The position numbers and the translations under genes were made by a program. From Camelus ferus (taxonomy: Eukaryota), in contig NC_045698.1 of assembly GCF_009834535.1 (NCBI RefSeq), forward strand, positions 4,342,001-4,406,000: 64,000 nucleotides of DNA. Direction: 5' to 3'. The first letter of the stretch is position 1. Each line of letters opens with the position of its first letter. A model generated the notes under the pieces. That model was not told where the DNA came from and did not search any database. It worked only from the letters and a program-made list of their open reading frames with translations. This document shows positions 63,201 to 64,000 of the stretch, in pieces.

Positions 63201-64000
63201 ACCCAACCTGGCACGAGGACAACGTTGCAGTCATGGCAGCAGCTAACACTTCCTGATTGCTCCGCGCCAGGCTCTGGGCTAAGAGCACTTAGGGCACCTA
63301 ACCCCACCCGGTTCTGTTTGGCAGTCAGTGCACAGGGGAGGAGACTGCAGCCCCGCGCACACAGGTGAGAACGCAACTTCACGTTCTGAGACCAGCGATG
63401 AGCACGAGGCTCTGACGACCAGTCCGCATTAGTGAAAGTCATCAGCGACGCCAAAGTCAAACCCAGGCCATCTGAGCCCCCGGCCGTCACGGTGGTCTAT
63501 TCACTGTGACCTGTGTGCTAGTCGTCTGGGTCCACAGAGAACAGGTACATGGTCAGCAGCCAGCAGAAGAGTGTGAATGATAGAACTAAAACACCTGCTG
63601 TTCTTAGTGTTTGAATTAAAGCCTGGTAAGCCATTTGGGAACAGTTGTGTTTCCTGACAGTGCTGGTTTCTGGAGTTTTTGAATCTAGGAAACTGACAGG
63701 TGTCTGCACTTGTCAGCGTGTGTTGAAAAAGTCAGAGGCTCTATAGATCAGCTTTGTCTGATGAGAATGAGCATCTCTGAGGTTGAGTCCAGGGCTTTTA
63801 AAGGGCTTTGCACCAGGCGTGTCACTGAGAATCTTGCAAACACACACACAGAGCCACTTTCCGAACCTCTACCAAAGTGCTAGACTTGGAAATAGCTTTT
63901 ACTTACAACTACATAACCTCCAGGTCTTCTCAGAAAAAATAATGAAGACAAACAACCCTGAGGGATTCCTCAAGTTTATTGGCGTCTAAACTCTTGTAAT

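Noticed and set aside
1..64000. CRISPR arrays, tRNA/rRNA genes, operon-like or viral coding systems
   Set aside because: None recognised; the sequence is intron-containing mammalian DNA and the repeats are explained by transposons and microsatellites

Overview
Mammalian genomic DNA, probably a cetartiodactyl and possibly a camelid. The taxon is inferred only from the L1 3'-end family present and the apparent absence of Alu, B1/B2, Bov-tA/A2, PRE-1 and CAN SINEs. The window holds the complete 4-exon MED10 gene on the minus strand (135 aa; CDS exons 9859-9738, 8531-8448, 6303-6201, 4229-4131). About 49 kb away, divergently on the plus strand, lie the CpG-island promoter and first coding exon of UBE2QL1; its last coding exon was not found in the window. 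The intergenic region is mostly MaLR/ERV LTRs, old L1/L2/MIR/MER20 elements, short young L1 3' ends with target-site duplications, and simple repeats. I found no novel multi-gene system. The most notable observation is in UBE2QL1: it has an in-frame, strong-Kozak ATG (58924) 143 codons upstream of the MKELQ start of the 161-aa human reference as I recall it. The extension restores the first half of UBC helix 1 and adds a basic/hydrophobic N-terminal peptide and a His/Gly/Ala-rich linker, and it is preceded by uORFs. Secondary observations are two orphan CpG islands (about 2.7-3.4 kb and 45.0-45.9 kb), a Q>E change in the conserved MED10 GRNP motif, and a possible L1 3' transduction. Repeat family names are recognised by eye and their boundaries are approximate unless a TSD is given.
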